A program made the position numbers and the translations under genes. Positions 23,695 through 36,212 of a DNA stretch of 64,000 bases are shown here, in pieces (position 1 is the stretch's first letter; every line of letters starts with the position of its first letter). The notes below the pieces were generated by a model. It was given only the letters and a program-made list of their open reading frames with translations. It was not told where the DNA came from and did no database searches. The DNA is from Phoronis australis. Its lineage: Eukaryota; Animalia; Phoronida. Location of the stretch: NCBI GenBank assembly GCA_002633005.1, contig NMRA01000010.1, positions 147,846 through 211,845 of the forward strand, read 5' to 3'.

Positions 23695-24908
23695 GGGCTA
23701 AGGCAAGCTTTTTTCATGTAATTTTTAGTAATATTCGGTTCGTCGATTATCCCAGACATATTTTTCAGATCATTACGGCTTCTCGTAACTTGATTAATAA
23801 AGACGTGCCCTAATCCGGAAGTGACGTGTAGGGGGTTAATATTTCTCGCCGTTTTATTTCCATATAGTCTGAATGTGTGAGCTGACGGCTCAATCATTGT
23901 TTTACCTTGGTTGTAATAAGTTAGGTCGTAGTTTGCGTTTGTTTACGAGTCAGTCAAAATGCTGCATGGTTGGTGCGTAACGGGATGTACTCATTATCGT
24001 CTCACGCGCACTTTGGGGATGTCATTACATTGCTTTCCGAAAGATGATACCATCCGCCGCAGGATACTTGTCTCGTTCTTGTGCAGAACGCAGCGTTACC
24101 CGTCCACGCAACGCACAAAGCACTGGATAATGGCCGAGTATGTGGTAAGCATTTTCTGCCGTTGGATTACGAAAGAGACATGTACGCTGAATTGATGAAG
24201 GTTCCTGCAAAACAACACTCGAAGAAGGGTGCTATAGCGTCGCTGTTGATTCCCGGCACTGTTCCGTCGTCACACCTGAGAAGTGCATTTTTTGAATCGA
24301 GAAACCTCGCGATCTGTGGCCTCTGTAGTGACTGGAGGCCCCTTATCTACTGTCACCCGTGCCTCCGAACGTACCTCAGAGAGTGCAATTCCGGGAACTA
24401 GCAGCGATTTGCCCTGTACTGGTTTTGTCTCCAGTCCAGAGCCTGTAAGCATCTCAGCAGCGATGTTGAGTAGTGGTAGTGAATACAGGCCCAGTTCGAC
24501 ACCCACTGAGGAGGACAGTTCGTCGCCAGCGAACAGAGCGGCACTCACGTCACTGTCACATGAGATGCCGCCTCCAACCATTTTCAGGTTACTACAAACT
24601 AAACGATCCCTAAACCCAACCTAATTGAGTTTTCTAACAACTTAGCTTGTCGTAAAATACTCGTTAATGGGAAGTGCTGATGACAATTTTAGGAAACCAA
24701 CGTGAAAACAGTAGATCAGATACTCACAAGAAACTCAAACGCAGAAACAAAATGGCGGGAAATTCTTTCCCCCCTAAACGTCACTTCCGGAATAGGGTAC
24801 AACTACTTAATTAAGTTACGAGGAGCCGTAATTAACTGACAATATGTCTCCATAATCAACCAACCGTCTTTTTACTACAAATGACATGAAAAACGGTTGC
24901 CTTCGCTT
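23695..24908 (+). mobile_element. Kolobok DNA transposon deletion derivative (copy 2) with frameshifted THAP domain
   Basis: TTAA on both flanks; about 155-bp imperfect TIRs; THAP motifs CVTGC..SLHCFPKD..RVCGKHF..KKGAIASL at 23959-24250. Confidence 0.88.
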
Positions 24909-24918
24909 TTAAGAGGAG

Positions 24919-25662
24919 GTCACAAACGCAGAGCTGTTGGTGAGTGGAGGCAACGATACTTTACTTCTCCGCCAGCCGAGTGCACGATTACAACTAGCGC
25001 CTTCTGGGGGGTACAGCGAGGCACCTTGGCTAAAATCCGTGCAAAAAATATTGCTATTCTATGCCAAAACGTTACAAAGCACACAGAAGGCAAATCAGCA
25101 AATTTTGAATTTATTAAAGAAAAAACGTCTCGCCTTGGTTTTTACATCGTGTAGTCAAACGCAGCGACAATCGTCATCTTAAAGTTGCCACCATTTTTCA
25201 GAAGGTCGAATGACACAATCGTATGTCATCTGTTTGAGTAAGACAACTCGAACCTAAGTTGGTGACNGTCACAAACGCAGAGCTGTTGGTGAGTGGAGGC
25301 AAAGATACTTTAGGTTCACCTGGATAATTTACTTCTCCGCCAGGCAAGTGCACGATTACAACTAGCGCCTTCTGGGGGGTACAGCGAGGCACCTTGGCTA
25401 AAATCCGTGCAAAAATATTGCTATTCTATGCCAAAACGTTACAAAGCACACAGAAGCTTCGAATAGGCATAAACACGGGACTGAGGCAAAACAGCAAATT
25501 TTGAATTCATTAAAGAAAAAACGTCTCGCCTTGGTTTTTACATCGTGTAGTCAAACGCAGCGAGAATCGTCATCTTAAAGTTGCCACCATTTTTCAGAAG
25601 GTCGAGTGACACAATCGTATGTCATCTGTTTGAGTAAGACAACTCGAACCTAAGTTGGTGAC
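24919..25662. repeat. Direct duplication of about 350-395 bp joined at a single N (25267); likely allelic assembly overlap
   Basis: Near-identical copies differing by two indels; junction lies exactly at the N. Confidence 0.75.
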
Positions 25663-26925
25663 ACTGTTTTTTTTCTTTTCACAGCAAACACGAGGGGCAT
25701 CAAATTTGAAAAATTAAAGAAAAGAATCAACGGTGCAAAAACCAAGACGTTAAAAGTTGGTATACTCACAATTCGTCGGGTTAAGAAAGCCAGTAATCTG
25801 GGAAAATAATTAAAACCTCTAAAACACAAACCGGATATCGGTGCTAGGAAATTAATCTGCTTTCTAAAAGATTTTAGTCATTGATTTAATTAGAAGTGAC
25901 TTTTTAGTAACATATGTAAATTCAACATCTTTGCCAGAGATGCCTCTGTTTAGGCGGCTATAACGGAAAAACTGATTCGTTGACCTTCATTTTGTTTTGT
26001 TTAAGACCAAAACACGAAACCTCAAAATTCGAAAACAATTCAACGATGCATTTAGACTTTGCCGAATCTCTGTAACGAGAACGCAAGAGTAGTGCCAAAG
26101 GAAGGCACCAAACATTTTGTCACTAAGTTGTGACCTACAGACCTCTAAAAATCTCTGAGCCAGTCTGAAAATGCCATTCATTCTGAAAGATCGCGTCCAG
26201 GAATCATGGACAAACGTATTGGCTGAAAACTTGTTAACAACAAATCACGAAGACTCCTAAAACTATTGTGGTGTTGAATAATGGAAACGTGTCAAACATT
26301 GGAATAAATGAAAAAAAAGAGTAAGCCACTTTTATTATCATGCTGAGGACTGTATGATCCTAAAAACTAATTGCAAACTTTTGAGACACCCTCTACACTG
26401 CACACCTGGTCTCACCTGGTTAACAAGCATTCTCTGGATATTGACAATGGCATCAGACTATCTTGCGTCACATTGCCAATTCATTGGACAATGCTTCTTG
26501 ACGACCTGCTTCAATGATACCCATATCGAAGCAACAGTTACTTCCATTCGGAAAAATACTTAAAAATGCCGCCGTCCAATTTGCTCAGTCAAGAAAAAAA
26601 TTAGCAAAGCTATTTGCTCCAAACAGAAGTTACGGCTGTTTATCTATGGTGGAAGATTTATGTTCGTGAAGCTCAAACTGACCAAGTGCTGTAAGTGCCA
26701 ATCAGCCAGTTTTGAGAAACATATTGGCGTGTTCAATTGTAGACCAACAAAAGGCAACGCAAGTTTTGTATGATGAGTAAAACCAGCTCACAAAACAATG
26801 TTTATTTTCTATTTAAAGTTTATAAGATCAAGTTTGTTGATATTATGAATGATATAACTGTAACGCACACTCTATGTATCTCAGATAGAAAATGCCATCG
26901 CGAAAACCGTAATACAATGGAACAG

Positions 26926-27180
26926 GGGTCTGCTTCATGAAGGTGAGTTAAGACATAAGACAGAAATTTTGTGTTACGCTCCCGCCTCGCAACTGCTGAA
27001 AAAGAGTTTAGTCAAGTAATTATTAGCGCTATGGAGCCTATAAATTATTTATAGAAATTATCTCAGTTAGGTGTTTATTTTCAGGCACAAAACATTTTTG
27101 TTTCAGAAATAGCTGCGTGGAGCTTAAAAACAATTTTTTGACTTAAGTCTTATGAAAGTCACTTTTCCTGAAACGCACCC
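26926..27180. mobile_element. PIF/Harbinger-type MITE
   Basis: GGGTCTGCTTCATGAA..TTCCTGAAACGCACCC ends, 3-bp TSD CAG; relatives at about 40385-40874 and 52102-52366. Confidence 0.6.
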
Positions 27181-29729
27181 CAGATTTATGTCAGTAAGTA
27201 TCGATATTCGCTTGTTTAATGATGGCGTGTCATGGCAGTAGATGACGCAATTTGGAACCGGAAATAAGTATAGACATGCCACCACACTAGATCTAAAATG
27301 GCATTATAGCGTCATGCAAAACATTCCTATGTAAACGTTTAATATCAACATCGGATCGCCCGCAGCTAAATCTCAGCCCTGTTCTTGACTTTTTGCAGCC
27401 CTAAGTGTGTGCGTAGGTGAAATAGGGTTTGGATGCAGGATTGCTATTTTCAAGGGGTTTTTAAGTTTTCCAAAACAGAAGAGTTGATTACGCCAGGCGT
27501 GCTCACAGTATTCACGTTCCGATGAATTTTGCTATCATGCGTTGTTTTAGCCATGTACTCGCTATTTTAAAGCTGCATTTCGGTATTGTTTAGCTGTAAT
27601 TTTTGAATTCTTAATTGAAGCGCTTTGGATTGCAAAAGCATTATCACGATCATCCCGACTTTATATTGTTGTCAAATAATGCGGCAACTCAAGTCACAGA
27701 CAATGCGTACATGCGCCATTTTCAAATTCAGTTTTAGGGCTGGCCAACCAAAATAGTCTTTGAAACGTTCTTTTGGGTCACTGATGGTTGGAATGGTCTT
27801 GTTGATAACGGAAACAGAATCCTTTTATGGTAAGGAATATTATGAGATTATAAGTCCTAATTTCAATTCCGTTTTAACCAGCAAAACAGAGCTAAATGCA
27901 ACTTAAGGTCACGGGAACGCGTCATTAAAACGTCATTTTCGTGTTCAAATATTCCAGTGTGGACTAACTACCGAGTTTCAGCCCATATGCATGTTCTGAA
28001 ACTATGAGTCAAGACCAATACATTCATGTTATTCGCAACTTTGTCATTCACAAGGTAACGTGACTAGGAAAGATACATATATAGGGAATAAAGCTCTTTC
28101 ACCGGCACTCATCAAACATTCTGCATTAAACTTTTGATGAAAAATACCCGAAAACTTTGACTGGGATTTTTCATAACTCAGACATCCAATTTTTGATACG
28201 TCGGGTATTTAACATGTTTCTAACTTTACTGTTACTCTCGTTTTAAAGGGCCATAATTGGCTTACTGCCAAAACCCATTTTTGGGACTATTGTTAATTAG
28301 ATTAGATTTCTTGAAATTACTGACTTTGACCAGAGCTGTCAAACAACAAAATCCTAAGTGTTTCTCTTAATTTATTACTAATCCTTAATTCTCGTCGTTG
28401 TCTGCCACTGCCAGACATTCGTTGAAATCAAGGCCTATGACTTTACCAATAAATACGCTTAAAATGCTCTGTCAGTTATCAAGTGAAATCTAGCTTCCCT
28501 AGCACAAATTAGACTAAGTCCCATTTTGGTTGCGGGTACCAGTGGTGAGGTTGATCTCAGAAAATCAGTGTTCTCGCCGATAGGTGCCCCTTTAATTCAA
28601 ACAAAAAATAATGCAAACACTAATAAAACATCCGAGACACAGATTTTACAGTGACGAAAAATTGTACAGTCTGAAAACTTGAACACCAACATCCGAAGTT
28701 TGACATCTTGCTCAAACAGCAATCGCGGAAAACGCATTTTTGTGTAGGCAGACCGAACGCACATCGTTTCTTTTCTCGGTTTGTTCAAAACCTACTGTAC
28801 ACGCTTGGCGTCTATTTTCCTTGTTTAGTTTTCTAAAATACCATTTGGTAGTCATAGTGCCACGCATTTTTCAACACGACTCTTTTAAGCGATTCTATTC
28901 AGCTTAATCTGTGCCAGAAGTCAACAACTTATCCGATACCTTCGAAATGAGACGCCTGACAGTGAGAGCAAGTTCGAAAAAGTGCGGGCTTATACCTTTA
29001 AAGTTGTTAAGAAGAAAAAATATTGCGTGCAATTCGAAGCATCCCTTAGGGCTGTCTATATCGATTCTATTCGACATTCTCATTTCGCAAGAAACTGTTG
29101 TAAATTCTTACCTGTAGCACAAACAGGGAAGCAAGCGAAAACAAACAAATAAAAAGAAACTGCACTTTGCACGGGCATCCTGGAGACGGGCTTGTGAAAC
29201 ACAACACTCGCTTTGTAAGTACTGTGTTGCATTAGTTTGGCTATACATCACAAAAGTCCATTAAAATGGACGTAGACAGTTTTTAAAAAAGAATCATTGT
29301 CTCGCGGAATGTATTAAACTTCCTTACTCCGAAAGTGTCAAAGACTATTCACGTCGATGCACTCTGATCGATAGCCAAGCAATAAACGCATTCTTCATCC
29401 TAACAATTTTTTCTCCGTTGTATTCATTGGAATAACAACTTTTGTTGTTATTTACTAGGTTTCTGACCATGTATGCACACACAACTAGTAAGTTATATCA
29501 GCATGTGCCCAACGTAATACATTTTGGTTGTTTGACAGGATTTCTGCAGCGGGTACGATAAGCACGACACCAACGGTATTTAAAGGAACTGCGGCAAACT
29601 TTTTCAAACCTTTGAATTCTGTAACCGTGTGCAGTTGCTGCGAGTTATACTCAGACTCTTCTGAATAGCATTTGACACACATTTCTCAAAAAATCACGGA
29701 TTTGGGGAGTGGTGGCCAGTATGAACGAT

Positions 29730-30130
29730 TAACATTGGTCCTGGATCGAAGTGAACAGTGCCAGTTAACTTCGCAATAAACAGGTAGATTTAACAGCGGA
29801 GCGTCGAAGCTGCGGTGCGAGTATGAAAGGTCTGACTTTGGTTTCGTCGAAGTTATATCCAGGTGCCACTGCTATCGTCAACAATTAAAGGGCATTGTCG
29901 TCGCTAATATTTTGCTGACACAATCACCAATTGAATTAGATATCAGTTTCATATGTTAATTCTCGCACTTAAATGTTCTAAAATTGTCATATTAATAATG
30001 GTATAATGGTACAGGATGCATCAGCGCTACCTTGCAATTGCTTCGATTACGATAACGTTATATACGGTTTGTCGTTAACTATCCCGGAACTTGTGTGAAC
30101 GGTTCAATTGATTTCGCACTTTACATCAAC
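29730..30130 (+). repeat. Dispersed repeat homologous to the MITE at 36763-37260
   Basis: Shared CTGGATCGA.G...AACTTCGCA.TAAACAG...ATCGTCAACAA...GATGCATCA blocks. Confidence 0.7.
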
Positions 30131-31073
30131 GATCAAAGAACCTGAAGAGCACTCGGCATGACATCCTTGAAATATCGCTTATTTTAGACGAGAGAAAAAC
30201 AAGCTGGACAATAAATTACATACAGGGACAGTTCTGAGTTTTCTCTGTACATAACCCGTATACTGAGGAATGCTGAAATATTTAAGGTAAGTAGGTTGCA
30301 CTGGAATAGCATATGACAGAGACTCGTTTATGCGATCCCTGAATACGCACTCTAAAGACCGAGAACGAGTTTCTAACCAAGTTGCTAGCAACGTAGTCTG
30401 CATGCAAGCCACTAATAAGCCCATGAATCGTATCAACAAGCGAGTCAAATGTTATTCATGTCTGGTGTAAACTTAGTGTATAAACCTGTACGTGTGTTTT
30501 GTGGAAAAGGCACCGGTAAGTGAAAAGAATCATACGTTGACACCCAAGCACGTCAAGATTGGGTAACTCCGCCGGTTTGCGCACCACAGAATCTGCCGGC
30601 TTAGAACAAAGACTCCAAGCTGTTATGCTTTTAAATCAAGCTGCTGATGGTATCCCTCTCTAGATAATGAGACCCATCACAAACACATTGGGGGTGACAA
30701 TAGTATTTTTAAATTTTCGTTTTGAAAGTTTGTAAATAGCACATTTGAATAGTTCGCCGGTAAAAAGTAGGCCTACGCTTGATTAAGTTTTTGAATTTTT
30801 GAAAATTGGGCAAGAAATGTGACTTTTGCAACCTGATAACGTTTATTTGATGTTTCAATGACACGTTTTTTATTAATTCTGCTGGGTGTGCAACATAGTT
30901 GGGCCAATTACCAAACCAGGCAGCAGTTGGATTTTGAAGTGTCATCGTATGTGACAATATTCCCGGTACTATTATTGACAAGTGCCTCTAAGAACAGAAG
31001 CTGGTTCCCTTTCTGTCTCCACGGTAAACTTTAAATTACTTTCCCCGATATTCAAATACTCGAAAAATGACAG

Positions 31074-31303
31074 TGGCCCGTTCCAAGAAACTGACTAAGT
31101 TCATTTTTGACTTAAGTCTAAGATTTGTCTCAACTTCCAAACTTTGAAACTTGCACATCCGGTAAGATAATCAAACATAAGACAAAACGGAAGTCAAAAA
31201 CTGACGTTCGTTGAAAGGACTTAAGACAAATTGAAGTTTTATTTCAATGTTGACTTAAATTCAAGATTTGTCTTAGCCAAAACAATTTTCTTGGAACGGG
31301 CCC
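31074..31303. mobile_element. Harbinger-like MITE
   Basis: GGCCCGTTCCAAGAAA / TTTCTTGGAACGGGCC perfect inverted ends; internal (G)ACTTAAG repeats. Confidence 0.65.
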
Positions 31304-33339
31304 CTGAACCTCAGTTTGTCATTGAACTGGATTTCTGCAGTATCTCAGAAAATATCGTCAATATACCTTCACTATATAGTGCGCCAGGAATTCACAATAA
31401 TTAATCATGAGAACGTGACCCACTTACATCTGCAATGCCAAGTGAACTATTTTCACCTCATGCAAATATATTCGGTTGACGTTTATCATCTGATGTGCCT
31501 CCACTGCCACTGACGTGAAGTCCGACCTGTCGTAGCGCCCTCTCATGAAAGCAATCGTTGAAGAACCCTCAATTCACCGTCCAGTGGTATACGCTCCCAA
31601 AAAATGAAAAAGAGAGTGACTAATAACTCGACTGTCTCATTCCCAGAGAAATACAGCTTGGACAAATTAGACAGCCCATGCACTGTTATGTATTTGTAAC
31701 ACCAAAATTATTAACTATATGCCACAAAAATGGTTATGACATCGTAATCATACACCGCGGCTAAGAGCTAACTTTTGAATTAGATCACTTACTTATATAA
31801 ATTGGTCCTCAATGAATTCGTTAAACATAATTGATTTCTCCACAGTGGGTATTTGCAAACCAGTCGTTCCTGCATGGCTACGGTCGACTCGGCTAAAAAA
31901 TGACACGCCGTGACTATACACTGAATTTTCAGCCAGCATGAGTGCATGTGGTGAAATGCAAATTTGAGAAAAACGAAACTAAATTCAAATAACGGTGAAT
32001 GGGGACTTTCTGACTGACGGATTCCCACTGAGGGTCGCGGTCGAGGGTGCCGCCGCTTTCAGTTGTTGTCACCGCGAAAACATTCCATCCGATCGCCTGC
32101 CCAGGTTCTCTATAGCCAGGATGCCACTGCCTGCGAATTACTGCAAAGTCAGTTGTCAAAAGGATGTGCAGCAACCCGGAAGAAAGACGTATTTTAATTT
32201 GAATTGTTTTACGCGGTTCCCAGAGTGAGCTACGCTGCTCGGGCAGGCACTGAATTCATGCAGTGATGGCCGCCCCGCCCCTAAAATTTTCCCAGATACC
32301 ATTTGGCAGTCCGGGTTGCGAATTGCTGACCAGCATTTAGGCATGACGGCGACATCCCGTTGCGCCCAACTTGTTCGATTCTATAGCCCAACAACATGTT
32401 GGGAAATTTACCCCCGTAGAACTCCATTCTGGCATTTATGGTGGGAGGGCCTGCGCTTTTATTTGTTCGATAATTGCTCCAATCTCCGATCAGATCATAC
32501 ATGTATCTAGACTGACTGGGCTGTGCTGATAAAAATGAAAGTTGAGTCATAACATATTTGAGCTTAAACCAATATTTCTGAATTCCTCGTCAATATGCTG
32601 ATCATGTCACATGGTCAACGGAACGGTTCCGTTTTTGAATCACCTACTGAAAATCGCCCAACTATAGCCTACAACAGAATTGTAGGACATCAAACGGACG
32701 CACTGGGTCATGACTGCGTTTCCTTTGAAGCCTGGGAGATGATCGGCCTGCATGTTATCATACGGGACAAAAGACTGAGCTGGGCAGTTGAAAGAGCCAG
32801 ATGTTATCGCACGTTCAGCACCCCTCACGTCTCAAGTTAGCCCGCAGGCTATACTGAATCACAGCCTGAGTGGCGCGCATGCATAGCCGGGCCTTAAACA
32901 ATCCCTGTTTACCCTTTTTAGTTTTAAGGTCCACAAACCCAAAAATTCGAGACCCCTGCATCCCTACATTTTAGGCTGGGAGCGTGCATGTGACAAAATT
33001 CAGGTTATTCGTGCCCTGTCCCCCAGCGAAAAACTTAAGTTCATTCTCGTAAGGGTAGTCCTGGATCCGCCCTCATGCAGTGCAAATTAATTAAGGTTGC
33101 TATCGGCTATTTTTGTTACTTTAGCCTTAGAACATCAATATGGCATATCACAAAATTGAACCACCTGAGTGTCTTATTTTTAGAACACTTCTCAGTCAAA
33201 AAAGAATAGGCCTAACGGTGAGAAGCATTCCTTGTCGGTTGCACGGTGATGCACCGGCACCGAACTTGAGATCCGGCGCGGCGGTCCGGGCACCAGCGTT
33301 ATGGCACACTTGTCAAGTTTAATCGCCACTAACTCCAGC

Positions 33340-34333
33340 CATAGGCGGATTTAGGGGGGGAGGGGAGCCACGGGGCCCACCCCCCCCCCTTGGCTTCCGC
33401 AAAAAATAAAACAGTAAGAGCGCAGGGAAACGTTCAATTTATTAATTAACCCAGGTAATTAAATCAAATCCAATTTCAAGTGTCAAATTCTGAAAGGAAC
33501 TATGGCTAAGTATAGGCTCTCCCGCGATATCCCAGGCGACCGGCAGTAGCGCTGCGCACTACGACTCCTTTTCCGTCGTCTGCTCCACTGTGCATTGAAG
33601 AAAATTTACTTCATTTTTTAAAGAAAATGGAACCTGAGTGACGATGAAAAAACAGAAGCTGCTGGTAAAATGTGAATTTTAATCGAAGCCTTAGTGAATC
33701 ACACAGAAACTCGCAATACTCGCTTTGTCAAACCTTATCTTAGGACGATTTCCAAAGCAACCGGCGTCATTATTGCCAACACGAAAAACGGATTTGGTCT
33801 TTTGGGCATTTGAAGACTATTTTAAATACGACAAATTTGTTAAGAATTGATGGCACAAAATATAAAACGTGTAATAAGCGTTACAAAAAGAAGTAGATTT
33901 CTCGCGCAAACGCTGTGGACCATAAACAAAGACGCTAACGTCTTCCTCTCTACGGTCTCTGCCATAAACAAGTAGGTCTCTTAGTATGTGATTAGTAGTT
34001 AATTCGTGGTGGAGTAGTGGTGATGCACGCGCGCTCTAACTAGTGCCAGGTCGTGAGTTCGAATCTTTGGAACTTGCACTGAGTTTTTCCTGTTTGACAC
34101 GTTCTCCGTTTTTTGCCTTTTTTTCTTGGATAATACTTCAGGAATCAAGGAAAATGCTTGATTTTTAGAGGTAAAAACAGAAAAATTTCCTGGGCAGAAG
34201 GGGGCAAACCCCCCTCCCGACCTCCCCCCATTCGGTGCTATGCGCATCTTCAATATGTGGTTCACTTTGCGCAAATGCTCACAGCCGGACAAAATGTTGG
34301 GCCCCCCCTTGTGATATCCTAGATCCGCCACTG
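33340..34333. mobile_element. About 1-kb non-autonomous DNA transposon (CAGNGGCGGAT-type) carrying a tRNA-like fragment
   Basis: CATAGGCGGATTTAGG / CCTAGATCCGCCACTG; 5-bp TSD CCAGC; A/B-box-like segment at about 34010-34070. Confidence 0.75.
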
Positions 34334-34474
34334 CCAGCAACGATAAATTTCCTGACTATAGTTTTCAACAAAACATATGGGAACACAAAGGGCCTTGTGG
34401 GATAAAATTTCGTCTTTAGAACAACAAATACGAGGGTTCCGACACGACGTTACACGCTATCACAGTGCTAAACG

Positions 34475-34600
34475 ATAGGTGGCGCTGTGTCAGAGGGTAA
34501 CACGACGTCAGCACCAAACGACGTCATTCACATCGTGCATTTCCGCTGTAATTCCGGAAACAGGCGAGTTGCACTTGCCTAGTTCACCAATCAACTCGCT
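34475..34600 (+). promoter_or_regulatory. Probable TATA-less promoter of the HP1BP3-like gene
   Basis: CpG-richer patch with two GACGTCA (CRE-like) sites, TTCCGGAA (ETS-like) and CCAATCA, upstream of a possible non-coding exon (donor near 34704); inference only. Confidence 0.35.
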
Positions 34601-36212
34601 GTCTGTCGGTGTTTACGAAATTTAGACTTGGATCGTTGTTAATTTTAGTGCGGGCAAGGCTTAGTGATTGTTTTTACACACAACTCAAGACCTGGTATTT
34701 TGAGGTACAAGTCACTCTTGCTCACTGAATTAGGCGAAGCATGCACCTGTTCTCAAGACTGCTGGTTTATTTGCTGGCCTTTGTGCTCTTGATAATGGTG
34801 GCTTTGTTCCGATTGTAATGACCGGTAGTTCACTGCTGGAGCAGCACCGGGCGCAGAGTGTTGGAGCTGTGCCGGTGCCGTGCCAATGCAAATGAACGGA
34901 AAACATGTTTTTCGTATTTTGATGGACGCTCGAGACGCATATTTTGCACAAATCGAAATGGTTCCGTATGCACTAGTCCAATCATGGGAGCTTATTTCGA
35001 TCTGTCGTAGGCCTATTGCAGTAGTGTAACTCAAATATAATACCAGTCATAAAACTGTTGGCAGTGCATGTAACCAGAGACACAACGATATAAATGCACC
35101 GGGAGTCTGGCGTGGTTTGCAATCTCGTCAATATGTGATGTGCTTCTTTACCTGCTGTTTGACCTTCGATCGAGGTCAATTGAGATAAAGCTACAACAAC
35201 CAATCACAGCGATCAACATGCGTGCCACCGTAGTTGTGAGATTGCGATTCCTGCCAGACTTCCGATGCATCTTTATCTGACTTCTGGCGCAGACTATGTC
35301 ACTGCGTATAATGGCATCCACACCCCTGACACCCTGTTCACCCGGTGTTCTAACAAAGGCAGACTGAAATAAGCTCCCATTACTTAACGCAAACATTTTA
35401 ACGCGATCAAAGTTTATCTAAGAAATAGAATCGTTAAAGCATGCACAAGTTCAGGAGACATGTACACAATGTTTTATCCTGTCCGTTTTACAATATTTGT
35501 CTCAAATTTTTTCCATAGTCGCAAGCTCATTCACAGTTGCCACAAACCCGCGGCCCTCGGGGATTAACTCAACGCATATTAGATTGTACGCCAGGTTGCT
35601 CCTTCATTTGAAATTTCATTTTTAGATTATATTTATAATTGCAGAGAGACAAGTTAACGCTTCATTTCTGTTTCTCATCATGGCTTTGCAGTTTGTAATT
35701 ATAAATTTCTGAAAGATGCCCGAAGTTTTAAGTAAAATATGCCTTTATGTGCCTTCATTTTGTTGGTCCCCTTATTTTACTGGAAAGTTGCTCATTTATT
35801 TCCAGCCCTTGGGAATCATGTTCATGTCAGTATTACCGGTATTTTTAATTGAATTTTAGCTCTGACGCTTTAGTTGTTTGGCGATTACTGTTGAAAAATC
35901 TTCATTTCTGGATCTGGCGTGACAGAAATCAACGGGAAAAGATCGTTCCTGTTCATTGATATCCAGGGTTACACCACCAAAACATTTTGGTTTGCATGTT
36001 TATGACCAACTGGGGACTTCACACGTTCCCCATATACAGCATTTTGTGCTGGTGTCATGGAAAATGAGACTCTTTTGTTATTTTTCAATCTTAATTATAT
36101 CAATGTAGCCATGTACTGATGTGAGAAAGGAAAGTTTGTATTTGCACATCTAATAGTAGCTTTCCTAATTACTGTGATGATTTTCTCAGAACTAGGTTGC
36201 AGAAAGTGTAAA

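Noticed and set aside
31919-32256. Segment flanked by a 9-bp direct repeat CACTGAATT (possible MULE/AcademH insertion)
   Set aside because: Terminal inverted repeats are too weak to support a call without other copies
34010-34075. Possible tRNA gene
   Set aside because: A/B-box-like motifs only, with no cloverleaf pairing; it lies inside a MITE
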